64,000 nucleotides of DNA from a virus (lineage: Duplodnaviria; Caudoviricetes): positions 1,954 through 65,953 of IMG/VR virus record IMGVR_UViG_3300021168_000003. One strand, 5' to 3'. The notes under the pieces were generated by a model, which was not told the origin of the DNA, ran no database searches, and saw only the letters and a program-made list of their open reading frames with translations. The position numbers and the translations under genes were made by a program. This document shows positions 1 to 8,496 of the stretch, one piece after another (position 1 is the stretch's first letter; every line of letters starts with the position of its first letter).

Positions 1-71
1 ACACACTCACAGGCGATCTACCCTGCGATCGCACGGTGGGAGGCAACCTTGCGTGGGTTAGGAGTGGAGCC

Positions 72-263
72 GTGAAAATAAAGATTGAATTTGACTGCGA
101 CAATGCAGCGTTTGAAGACGACATGACAGGCGAAATCTCATGCATATTGCGTGAGATAGCTGACGATATTGACCGTAGCGAGTTACATGATCTTCATGGC
201 GTTTATAGCCGTGTCAGCGACGTGAACGGAAACCAAATCGGGACAGTCCAGTTTTTCGCCTGA
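72..263 (+). CDS. small acidic early protein, hypothetical
   Basis: GTG start at 72 after GGAG; in frame with the 36..263 ORF. Confidence 0.6.
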   Translation: MKIKIEFDCDNAAFEDDMTGEISCILREIADDIDRSELHDLHGVYSRVSDVNGNQIGTVQFFA

Positions 264-310
264 CGCAGACCATACGCCTCACGGGGCGTATGTGCGGCAT
301 CAGCCGACCC

Positions 311-327
311 AGTAACACCCAGTTACT
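311..327. promoter_or_regulatory. palindromic operator-like box AGTAAC-N5-GTTACT (copy 1 of 5)
   Basis: AGTAACACCCAGTTACT just upstream of a TTGACA -35. Confidence 0.7.
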
Positions 328-333
328 AGGGAC

Positions 334-362
334 TTGACACAAGGACACTGACATGCTATGGT
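334..362 (+). promoter_or_regulatory. sigma70-like promoter containing an AGGACACTGAC box
   Basis: TTGACA-17nt-TATGGT; AGGACACTGAC at 342-352; inverted GTCAGTGT at 363-370. Confidence 0.7.
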
Positions 363-413
363 GTCAGTGTAATGAAGAAACGCGGCAACGACCGCAACAA
401 AGGGACCAGGAAC

Positions 414-1196
414 ATGTCACATGTCTTCGGACAATTCTTTTCGCTTGACAGTACTAAAGCGATAAAAGCACGCAAATATGGTTACCTCAACGCCATCAAT
501 TACATGGCCCCACACACGATGGCGGGCGACGGCAACGTCTGCGGCGACGCCAGCGCCGGTTGCATTGCACTGTGCCTCGGTTGGTTCAGTGGACATGTTA
601 GCAGGGTGAAGAAAGGCCAGGGCAAGCGCCCGTCCAACGCCGTGCGCAAGTCGCGCATCACCAAGGTCAAGATGTTCATGCATGAGCGAGCCGCGTTCAT
701 GAAGGAAATGGTTGCCGGCATCCTCCGCGCCGCGCGCAAGGCCATTCGCGAGGGGCTCAAGCTCTGCGTGCGGCCGAACGGTTCGTCCGATATCCCGTGG
801 GAAAGCATCAAGGTCTCGCGCGAGATGCCCATCAGCGTCTTTGAACTGTTTCCCGATGTCCAGTTCGTCGACTATACCAAGTCGCTGAAGCGTGCGCTGA
901 AGCACGCTCGCGGCGAGATGCCGGCGAACTATCACCTCACGTTCAGCCGGTCGGAGACCAACGAGGCGGACTGTGTCCGTGTCCTCGAGGCCGGTGGCAA
1001 CGTGGCTGTAGTGGCCGCATACGACGCCCCCGACACCTATCTTGGCTACCGCGTGATCGACGGCGACAAGCATGATCTGCGGTTCTTGGATGCCTTGGAC
1101 GAGGACGGTAGCGGCCGCGGCGCGTGCGTCGTGTGGCTGTCGCCCAAGGGCGTCAAGGCTCGCCGCGACACCTCAGGCTTCGTGGTGCGGCTATGA
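414..1196 (+). CDS. Gp88-like phage protein with three-Cys (radical-SAM-like) motif
   Basis: CGDASAGCIALC motif, FVDYTK, YHLTFSRSE and DGDKHDLRF motifs; ATG follows the GGGACCAGGAAC leader. Confidence 0.55.
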   Translation: MSHVFGQFFSLDSTKAIKARKYGYLNAINYMAPHTMAGDGNVCGDASAGCIALCLGWFSGHVSRVKKGQGKRPSNAVRKSRITKVKMFMHERAAFMKEMVAGILRAARKAIREGLKLCVRPNGSSDIPWESIKVSREMPISVFELFPDVQFVDYTKSLKRALKHARGEMPANYHLTFSRSETNEADCVRVLEAGGNVAVVAAYDAPDTYLGYRVIDGDKHDLRFLDALDEDGSGRGACVVWLSPKGVKARRDTSGFVVRL

Positions 1197-1414
1197 GACA
1201 GCACCTGACCCCAAAGCAACCGCGTGGCACGTTCAACGAGCTCGCCTACATCAAGCTCGAGCGCCTCGCGCGCGTCCTGGCGGGCGACATCGACCTGATG
1301 GTGGTCGCTCACCCTGAAGTGTGGGACCGTGCGCACAAGCGCTTTGAAGAGGCGCTTGACGAGTGGCTGCCGCTCAACCCGCAGCACGACAAGAGGATAG
1401 GAGGGCGCAAATGA
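1193..1414 (+). CDS. hypothetical protein
   Basis: ATGA overlap with the upstream stop. Confidence 0.55.
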   Translation: MRQHLTPKQPRGTFNELAYIKLERLARVLAGDIDLMVVAHPEVWDRAHKRFEEALDEWLPLNPQHDKRIGGRK

Positions 1415-1620
1415 CTGAATATCGAACGCGGCTCGACAGCCGGCAATGGCTGCCAAGCGCGGCCCCTTTACCACCCGCGATCTGGGACCCCATGATGAAG
1501 CTCGTTAAGGACGGTACATGGGCCAAGCTCGACCATCCGCTCACCACGGCGGTGTGCCACGCTTGTTTGCTGCACTACGATCGGCAGACCATCCTCATGA
1601 CCGGAGGGTTCAACGATTGA
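1411..1620 (+). CDS. hypothetical protein
   Basis: GGAGG RBS; ATGA overlap. Confidence 0.5.
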   Translation: MTEYRTRLDSRQWLPSAAPLPPAIWDPMMKLVKDGTWAKLDHPLTTAVCHACLLHYDRQTILMTGGFND

Positions 1621-1842
1621 CCCCCTGGTTCTGGTTCTGGGTGGCGAGCGTCGTCGTCTACGTGATCTTGCATTGGAGGATGACATGAGGCGCGAACAGA
1701 AGATCCGCATCTTTTACGAGAATGGCCGGTGGTGCTTCGCATACGGGGATGATCCCCCGATGGGGTTATGGGGGTCCATCCACCCAATGGTGCGCCAGAT
1801 GAAGCAATTCTACGACTGGCGCACCAGGATCGAGAAGCACCG

Positions 1843-2004
1843 ATGACCTGGCAACAGGCGTGCGACTGGGTCGACGACATCATCGACCGTCAGCCGGACC
1901 AGGACGACGCAGCGCCATACCCGGCGCTGCACTATCTCGATCGCGAGATGCGCGAGGCCGAGCGGGAGCTCGACAACTACGAAGAACAGGAGTTAAATCA
2001 GTGA
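1843..2004 (+). CDS. small acidic hypothetical protein
   Basis: coupled to a small ORF at 1685-1846 by an ATGA overlap. Confidence 0.45.
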   Translation: MTWQQACDWVDDIIDRQPDQDDAAPYPALHYLDREMREAERELDNYEEQELNQ

Positions 2005-2175
2005 CTATGAACAAATGTCAAGTTAGAGAGGCTCTGCGTAAAGAGCGTGCTGTGGCGAAGCGGCTCGTTGAGCGACGCAGGCTAGCACAAGAAAACCTCA
2101 TACTATCAACAAATCGCATAAGGGAGCTAGAGGACGCCCTCAAGGTCGCTCCTGAAGGTTGGAAGGGGTTTTGAA

Positions 2176-2730
2176 GTGACCATTGAAAGATTGAACCGCG
2201 CCGAGATTGTGCGGATGCACAAGGCAGGCAAGAGCCCCACCGAGATAGGTTTGCTGGTGCAAGCGCACCGCAGCACGATCTATTCCATCATCAACCCCAA
2301 GCCGTACACGAAGAAAGAGAAGCCGGTCGACCCGCGCCCGGCCGAGGTCGTGCGCCTGTGGCACGAGGGTCTTCTCGCCAGCGAGATCGCGCTCATGACT
2401 GGCATGCATAGGAACTCCGTCACGAGAACACTTCGTCAGCAGGGGCTCAAGCGTGAGCTCGTCGTGGAGGATGACCGTTGGGCCGAGGCCGAGCGCCTGT
2501 GGCGCGCCGGCAAACTGTCCGGCGAGATCGCGGCGACGATGCGTGACACCACGCGCAACGCCGTGATAGGGCACATGAAGCGCAGAATGATCTCGTGGGG
2601 CAACGCCCCGAAGCCTGTGACCCGCGAGACGGTGGCCCGCAAGCAGCGTGAGAGCCATAAGGACTGGACGAGCGCGTCAGCCGTGCGGCCCATCACACTG
2701 CCACGCGTTCGGTGGCTCGAAGCTGCGTAA
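2176..2730 (+). CDS. multi-HTH protein with a GcrA-like HTH
   Basis: three tandem HTH-like repeats; the third (LWRAGKLSGEIAATMRDTTRNAVIGHMKR) matches the GcrA N-terminal pattern. Confidence 0.65.
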   Translation: MTIERLNRAEIVRMHKAGKSPTEIGLLVQAHRSTIYSIINPKPYTKKEKPVDPRPAEVVRLWHEGLLASEIALMTGMHRNSVTRTLRQQGLKRELVVEDDRWAEAERLWRAGKLSGEIAATMRDTTRNAVIGHMKRRMISWGNAPKPVTRETVARKQRESHKDWTSASAVRPITLPRVRWLEAA

Positions 2731-2828
2731 CACTGTGAACCTATTTGACAAATCAGTTTCCCGACACTATGTAGGTCGGGCGAGGCCAGGGGATTAACCC
2801 CTGGCCAGCAAAAGCGAGGAGTAGGACA

Positions 2829-3104
2829 GTGGAGCAAGAGGTCGGTAAGCGTCCGAAGTCCAAGTCTGTAAGGGCTATGGGTCTGCCGCGTGTCGAAGCC
2901 AAGATCATGGAGCGCTCTTACCAGCGCGCCGGGGTCGTGGCGGGTGGCACGCTGCTTAGTTCGGGTGCGCGTCAAGCAACAATCACTTTTAAGCCTGGAG
3001 TATTTCGACTGGTCGAGCTTGCCGCCGCGGATAACCGCGTCTCGTTTTCAGAGATGGTGAGGCAGCTCGTCGAGAGGGGACTACACACACCACCGCAGAC
3101 CTAA
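2829..3104 (+). CDS. putative ribbon-helix-helix DNA-binding protein
   Basis: C-terminal ITFKPGVFRLVELAAADNRVSFSEMVRQLVERGL; own promoter TTGACA-17-TATGTA near 2745. Confidence 0.5.
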   Translation: MEQEVGKRPKSKSVRAMGLPRVEAKIMERSYQRAGVVAGGTLLSSGARQATITFKPGVFRLVELAAADNRVSFSEMVRQLVERGLHTPPQT

Positions 3105-3163
3105 GACACTAACCCGCCGGGTGGAGGCACCGTCCGGCGGGGGTTTACCCATCGAAGGAACGA

Positions 3164-3463
3164 ATGATGATCGAAGCCCCCATATCACTGGTCAGCGACG
3201 ACACGCCGTACGGCCTCGTCGCCACGATTAAGGACCGCCGCGTCCACCGCTACGAGCCTCCGCACCATGGCACGCTCGAGGAGGTGGTCAGGGAAGCCCT
3301 GAGCCACGCCCAGGACCTCGCCATCGTCCGGAGGCCTGACGGCTACCTGACGCTCAACCTCAGCCGCGTCGTCACGGTCCCGCTCTTCAAGATCAACCAG
3401 TGGTGGGTCAGCCTCAGCGGATCGGCTGCGATTGCGCAAGCAGTCTGGACCCTCAGGGATTGA
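3164..3463 (+). CDS. hypothetical protein
   Basis: AAGGA RBS; coding-like ORF. Confidence 0.5.
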   Translation: MMIEAPISLVSDDTPYGLVATIKDRRVHRYEPPHHGTLEEVVREALSHAQDLAIVRRPDGYLTLNLSRVVTVPLFKINQWWVSLSGSAAIAQAVWTLRD

Positions 3464-3517
3464 CACCTGTGGGCTCAGGCCTATATCAGTGTGAACGCAC
3501 TGACATGAGGCCGCCCG

Positions 3518-3787
3518 ATGGAACCCCGTTCGCTGATGGACTACGCCCGCGAGGCTGCCGAGCGAACCCGGCGCATCGAGACGCGCCTGACCAAGTGGCT
3601 GGTCTCCGAGGGTTTTGAGACGGGCAGCCAGCTGCCGGTGTGGTATGATGACGGCGTCGTCGAGGTGCCGTCCCGCGCCACCAGCCTCACAGACATCCAG
3701 TCGGTGGTCCCGATCGACTGGGATCGCGACTACGAGATCACTGTCATGTTTCGGGGGCATGTCCTGGGCGTCGTTCTGCGCCCCTGA
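3518..3787 (+). CDS. hypothetical protein
   Basis: GAGG RBS; TTGACA promoter at 3461. Confidence 0.55.
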   Translation: MEPRSLMDYAREAAERTRRIETRLTKWLVSEGFETGSQLPVWYDDGVVEVPSRATSLTDIQSVVPIDWDRDYEITVMFRGHVLGVVLRP

Positions 3788-4092
3788 GGAGCACCCGCAT
3801 GGCCATCCCTTTTGATCTGCCCTCTTCGCTTGTCGCCCTGGTGCCGCCTGTGCGTGTACCGCCGAGTGAAGTGGTTAAGCTGATCACAGACGCCTACGCC
3901 GCCGGCAAGCGGGCGGGCCAAGCTGAGTTACTGAAGATAGCCGTTGATGTAATTCAGCCTGTCCAGCGAAAATAAATATCGGATCGCCTACGTTTCGCCG
4001 TTGACATCGCTTACGCCGTCGTCCAAATGATGTCTTAACAGAGACACAATAAGTCTACAAGAACCTACTGGCTTAACTGATGGGACTAGGGA

Positions 4093-5184
4093 ATGCCTCA
4101 CCAATGGGTGTGGGCGGATGACCGCGTCGTCTCGATGGATTTCGAGACGAGTGGCCTCCAGCCCGAATTTGCGCTGCAGTCATGGAGAATACTGTCAGGC
4201 GAGGCTTGGGCCACGTCGATGGTGTGGGTGTGGCCGCAGGATGGCCGCGTCATGAACGGCGGCGGTCTTGTGCGTGACCGGCTTCACGCCAGGGGCATGA
4301 TCAACGAGTTCATCACTCACGTTCTGCACTACGACATCCGTGTCTGCGGCTGGAACCTCGCCTTCGACATCGGTGTCTTGATTGCTTACGGCGCGCCGAT
4401 TGAGAAGCTGCGCCGAGTGAAGTGGCTCGATGGCTACCTGCTATGGCGTCACCTCGACGTCGAGCCTGAGTACGACGACAAGGGCCCGCGCCGGTCATAC
4501 TCACTGAAGACCTACGTCCGCCAGCGATGGCCGCTCCAGGCTGGCTACGAGGCCGATGTCAACTTCCATGATGACAGCCTAGAGGCTCGCGTCAAGCTTC
4601 ATAGATACAACATTCAGGACTGTGTCTTCACCTTGATGGGCTGCAAGACCCTTTGGAATGCGCTGACGCCAGCGCAGCAGCGCGCCGCATCGATCGAGGC
4701 CGACTGCCTTGTCCATGTGGCCGAGGCCAACGTGCGGGGCATGCTGGTGGACACCATCCTGGCCCAGGACGTGGTCATCAAGCAGAGCACCATCGCCGCC
4801 GAGAGGCTCGCCTCGCTCGCACCGTTCGGCGTCACTGAGAAGATCGTCCGGTCACCGAAGCAGCTGGCCACGCTGTTCTTCGACACGTGGGGTCTGCCGG
4901 TCCAGAAGAACACGGCCACCGGCAACCGGTCGACCGACAAAGAGGTCATGCACGAGCTCGCATTCATCGACCCGCGGGTGAAGGAAGTGAAGGAGTACCG
5001 CGAGGCGCTCAACAATGTCACCAAGTTCGCCATGAACCCGATCGCGGCGGCGCGCTACAACGGCGACGGCCGGGCCCGGCCGCAGGCCATTGTGTTCGGG
5101 ACCTACACCGGGCGCATGACCTATGCGAGCAAGCAGACGAAGAAGAACCCCGAGGAGGCTGAGGTTGCCGACGCTTCCGACTGA
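4093..5184 (+). CDS. polA: DNA polymerase A, N-terminal part (3'-5' exonuclease, thumb, up to the TGR motif)
   Basis: DFETSG, GWNLAFD and YNIQD exonuclease motifs; SPKQL..LF, STDKEV, TYTGR. Confidence 0.85.
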   Translation: MPHQWVWADDRVVSMDFETSGLQPEFALQSWRILSGEAWATSMVWVWPQDGRVMNGGGLVRDRLHARGMINEFITHVLHYDIRVCGWNLAFDIGVLIAYGAPIEKLRRVKWLDGYLLWRHLDVEPEYDDKGPRRSYSLKTYVRQRWPLQAGYEADVNFHDDSLEARVKLHRYNIQDCVFTLMGCKTLWNALTPAQQRAASIEADCLVHVAEANVRGMLVDTILAQDVVIKQSTIAAERLASLAPFGVTEKIVRSPKQLATLFFDTWGLPVQKNTATGNRSTDKEVMHELAFIDPRVKEVKEYREALNNVTKFAMNPIAAARYNGDGRARPQAIVFGTYTGRMTYASKQTKKNPEEAEVADASD

Positions 5185-5353
5185 CGATCCCTTCGACTGG
5201 GAGCTGTTCGACGAGCAGCCCTTGTCAGTGCGCAAGGTGACCTGGGAGTTCAACGTGTTCCCAGACAAGTTGGTCGAGCCGAAGGACGCCGCGCGCGCCG
5301 CGCTGCTGATGATTGAGTATTGGGAGACGAAGGTAGGCGATGGCACCCCGTAA
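5165..5353 (+). CDS. small ORF inserted between the two polymerase halves
   Basis: TTG start after GAGGAGG; overlaps both polA parts. Confidence 0.5.
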   Translation: MPTLPTDDPFDWELFDEQPLSVRKVTWEFNVFPDKLVEPKDAARAALLMIEYWETKVGDGTP

Positions 5354-6200
5354 GACCACTGACTTCCAGATCGGCTGGGCAGTACACCAGATGAAGAGCG
5401 GCCCCGACTACCGCTCGATCATCGTGGCTCCGCACGGTCACTCGATCGTGGAGTTTGACGCGGCTGGGCAGGAGTTTCGGTTCATGGCCTTGATCAGTGG
5501 CGACACCACCATGCTGCACCTTTGCAGGCCCGGCGAAGACCCGCACTCGTTCATGGGCTCGAGGGCTGACACCCGGTATGAGTACCGTGAGCTGATCAAG
5601 CGGGTGGCTGAGGAGGACAAGGAGGCCAAGCGTATCCGCAAGGGCGGCAAGGTGCTGAACCTTAGTCTCCAATATAGAACTTCCCCTAAAACATTACGTA
5701 CAAGGTCACGCGTCGATCACGGCATGGACATGACGCCAGAGCAGGCGCAGCACAACTATTACGTCTACCACCGGACCTACCCCGGCGTGAAGGTTTATCA
5801 CAAGACTGCGATCGAGAAGACGCAGCAGTGCGGATATGCCGAGACGTTAGCTGGCCGTCGAGTACAGGTTATAGGTGACTGGGATAGATATGGCTGGCAG
5901 CTTGGGTCTACTGCCATAAATTACCCTGTCCAGGGCACCGGCGCTTGTCAGAAATACTTGGCTATTCGTGCGCTCAGCGAATTGTACACTGAGTTGGGTG
6001 CAAGATTTATGCTGGATCTTCACGACGGTCTTTTCAGCGTTGTGCCGGATCATTACGTCAGTGAGTTCTGCGACCGTGGCAAGAGAATACTTGACAACCT
6101 CCCATATGGTTCAGCCTGGGGTTACACACCGTCCATCCCGCTGCCGTGGGACGTGAAGGTGGGGAAGAGCTGGGGCGCGCTTCATGAGGTGAAGTTGTGA
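5340..6200 (+). CDS. polA: DNA polymerase A, C-terminal catalytic part
   Basis: motif A EFDAAGQEFR, motif B RKGGKVLNLSLQY, NYPVQGTGA, motif C LHDG. Confidence 0.88.
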   Translation: MAPRKTTDFQIGWAVHQMKSGPDYRSIIVAPHGHSIVEFDAAGQEFRFMALISGDTTMLHLCRPGEDPHSFMGSRADTRYEYRELIKRVAEEDKEAKRIRKGGKVLNLSLQYRTSPKTLRTRSRVDHGMDMTPEQAQHNYYVYHRTYPGVKVYHKTAIEKTQQCGYAETLAGRRVQVIGDWDRYGWQLGSTAINYPVQGTGACQKYLAIRALSELYTELGARFMLDLHDGLFSVVPDHYVSEFCDRGKRILDNLPYGSAWGYTPSIPLPWDVKVGKSWGALHEVKL

Positions 6201-6267
6201 CGACTCAGTGTCTTGACGAACCCCGGGTGACACCCGATATGAGGGCCTCCACGAACGAGGCTCGCCA

Positions 6268-6480
6268 ATGAACCCCCTTCTCACTGACGCTGGCGCGGTC
6301 CACCTGCGCTCCACCCGCTCCAACGAGCTCTACCGTGTCCTGGCCTACGACCCGGCCACGAAGCTTGCTACGCTGAAGGGGCAGCTTGGTCAGTGTACCG
6401 AGCCGTTCGAGCGCGCGAGGCTCGAGGAACTGGGCTACGTCCGCATCGACGGACCAGTGGAAGGCATGATCGAGGTTTGA
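6268..6480 (+). CDS. hypothetical protein
   Basis: GAGG RBS; TTGACG promoter upstream. Confidence 0.5.
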   Translation: MNPLLTDAGAVHLRSTRSNELYRVLAYDPATKLATLKGQLGQCTEPFERARLEELGYVRIDGPVEGMIEV

Positions 6481-6570
6481 GATTAGCGTGCAGGGAGCAC
6501 GCTGAGACCGGTCTACTGGAGGGGGCTCCGGTAAACCGATGAAGACCAACGACCCTAGAAGTGATACAGA

Positions 6571-6822
6571 ATGAGAGGGCCTAAGAAAAACTATGAACAC
6601 GCGCACCAACTCGCCAAGATGTTTGACGACGCCGTTTCGGCGTTCTTCCCCGACAACAATGTAGCTGTCGATGTAGTGGCTGGCGGTTGCGCCATCCTAC
6701 TCTCGACCATCCTGGCGGCGATCCCCCCGATTGATCGTGCGCTGGTGCTGAATGAAACCGTCGAGGCCATCCTCGCCGGATATGCGGATAAACCTGACGC
6801 GGACTTGATACTCGAACACTAG
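6571..6822 (+). CDS. hypothetical protein
   Basis: ORF in an operon context. Confidence 0.45.
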   Translation: MRGPKKNYEHAHQLAKMFDDAVSAFFPDNNVAVDVVAGGCAILLSTILAAIPPIDRALVLNETVEAILAGYADKPDADLILEH

Positions 6823-7001
6823 GAACTGAACGATGTCTGAACTGATCGACCGCGGCGCGAAGCGCGCTGCAGCCAAAGAGACGTGGCGGGCCCAGCCCCG
6901 CGGCGATCGGCTCAGCTTCAACGATTTCTGGCGTGAGCGGAATGACCCCGAGCGCAACGCGCGCCACGTCGACCAACAGAAGCGCTCGATGAAGCGGAGG
7001 C

Positions 7002-7238
7002 ATGCTGATGCCGTATGAGGGTCGCACCACTGGGCCTCGCAAGCGTGAGGCCGGCTACGACAAGACAAAGCCTTTCAGCATCAGGCTGAAGCAGTCTGTC
7101 TTCGACGAACTGCAGGCGCTGCTTGACGATACCGGCATCTCGATGACCTGGGCGATTGACACCGCCTGCCGAGACTTCCTCAACGGCCGCAGGGCCGAGC
7201 AGATCAATGAAGCATTCCACAAGGAGCCGAGCCAATGA
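7002..7238 (+). CDS. putative ribbon-helix-helix DNA-binding protein
   Basis: KPFSIRLKQSVFDELQALLDDTGISMTWAIDTACRDFL fits a beta-alpha-alpha pattern. Confidence 0.55.
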   Translation: MLMPYEGRTTGPRKREAGYDKTKPFSIRLKQSVFDELQALLDDTGISMTWAIDTACRDFLNGRRAEQINEAFHKEPSQ

Positions 7239-7777
7239 GCCACGTTATGGTGGACCTCGAGACCATGGGCACCGGCAGCTACGCCGCCATCATCTCGATC
7301 GGGGCCGTCAAGTTCAGCCCCAACGATGGGCCGATCTCGATAGAGGAGCCGTACTACACTGCGGTCACCCTTGAGAGCTCGATGAAGGCCGGCCTCCGAG
7401 TCGACGCCAAGACCATCGAGTGGTGGTTCAGCGCCGACCGCACCGCCGCGCGCGAGCGCTGGCTCAGTGAGCCCAAGGTCGACATCGACGAGGCGCTCCT
7501 CGGCTTCTCCGCCTGGTACGGCGAGGACAAGACACTGCCGGTGTGGGGCAATGGGGCCACGTTCGACAACGTAATCCTCTCCAACGCGTATCTGACGACC
7601 GGCCTAGACAAGCCGTGGGGCTACACGGCCGACCGCTGCTTCAGGACGTTCAAGAGCGCCCTCATCCCGGCGGTCAAGGGACCCAAGGTCACTGCACACC
7701 ACGCCCTTGATGATGCGATCTCGCAGGCCGTATGGCTGCAGAAGATCGTCAAGAAGCACAAGCTGCAGGTGGCGTGA
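7235..7777 (+). CDS. DEDDh 3'-5' exonuclease (Rv2179c/DUF5051-like)
   Basis: VMVDLETMG, WGNGATFDNVIL, HHALDDA. Confidence 0.85.
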   Translation: MSHVMVDLETMGTGSYAAIISIGAVKFSPNDGPISIEEPYYTAVTLESSMKAGLRVDAKTIEWWFSADRTAARERWLSEPKVDIDEALLGFSAWYGEDKTLPVWGNGATFDNVILSNAYLTTGLDKPWGYTADRCFRTFKSALIPAVKGPKVTAHHALDDAISQAVWLQKIVKKHKLQVA

Positions 7778-8496
7778 TGGGTAAGCCCCAAGCCTGGTCA
7801 CACTCGAAGCTCGAGTGCCACGACAACTGCAACTGGCAGTTCCACGAGAAGTACGTGGCGAAGAACCTGCCGCCTGAGGAGAAGTCCGATCAGCAGCTAT
7901 GGGGCATTCACGTCCACCAGCAGTTCGAGTGGCATGGCAGCCGCGTCGACTACCAGCTGCCGTTTGATCTGACCGTCCACGAACCGTTCCTCGCCAGGCT
8001 GAACGTCGAGGGCGAGACCGCCGACGTCGACCGGGTCGAGATGAAGGTGGCGCTCAACACCAAGTTCCAACCGTGCGCCTACTTCGACGACAAGAAGAAC
8101 CTAAGCACCCCGCGGGTGTGGTGGCGCGGCGTCATCGACCGGCACCTTGTCTGGAAGTCCGAGGGCAGGTGCAAGATCGTCGACTACAAGACTGGCAAGA
8201 AGAAGGACGACTGGACCCAGCTCGCGGAGACCGCCGTCTACCTCTTCGTCCTCTACCCCGAGGTCAACCTGATCAACGCCCAGTTCTACTGGACCGAGGA
8301 TCAGACGTTCACCAAGAAGGTGTGGGCCCGGTCGGAGATTGACACGCTTGTAGCCATGTATGCGCCGAAGCTAGCGGCCTACGCCTACAGCTTCAAGAAC
8401 GACGCGTGGCCGAAGAAGCAGTCAGGGTTGTGCAAGGGTTGGTGCCCTGTGACGTCCTGCATGTTCTGGGAGGCCAAGAAGGAGAAGAAGTGGTGA
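7777..8496 (+). CDS. PD-(D/E)XK Cas4/RecB-like exonuclease
   Basis: WSHSKL..C, GVID, IVDYKTGK, C-terminal CxxCxxxxC. Confidence 0.8.
   Translation: MGKPQAWSHSKLECHDNCNWQFHEKYVAKNLPPEEKSDQQLWGIHVHQQFEWHGSRVDYQLPFDLTVHEPFLARLNVEGETADVDRVEMKVALNTKFQPCAYFDDKKNLSTPRVWWRGVIDRHLVWKSEGRCKIVDYKTGKKKDDWTQLAETAVYLFVLYPEVNLINAQFYWTEDQTFTKKVWARSEIDTLVAMYAPKLAAYAYSFKNDAWPKKQSGLCKGWCPVTSCMFWEAKKEKKW

Noticed and set aside
5181-5220. Hammerhead core in the polA gap (CTGACGA followed by a TCCC/GGGA stem)
   Set aside because: GCTG follows the stem instead of the required GAAA, and stems I and III are absent.
5185-5339. Group I intron or split intein in polA
   Set aside because: Only 155 nt with no recognisable P7 core; no Cys/Ser start or His-Asn end motifs.
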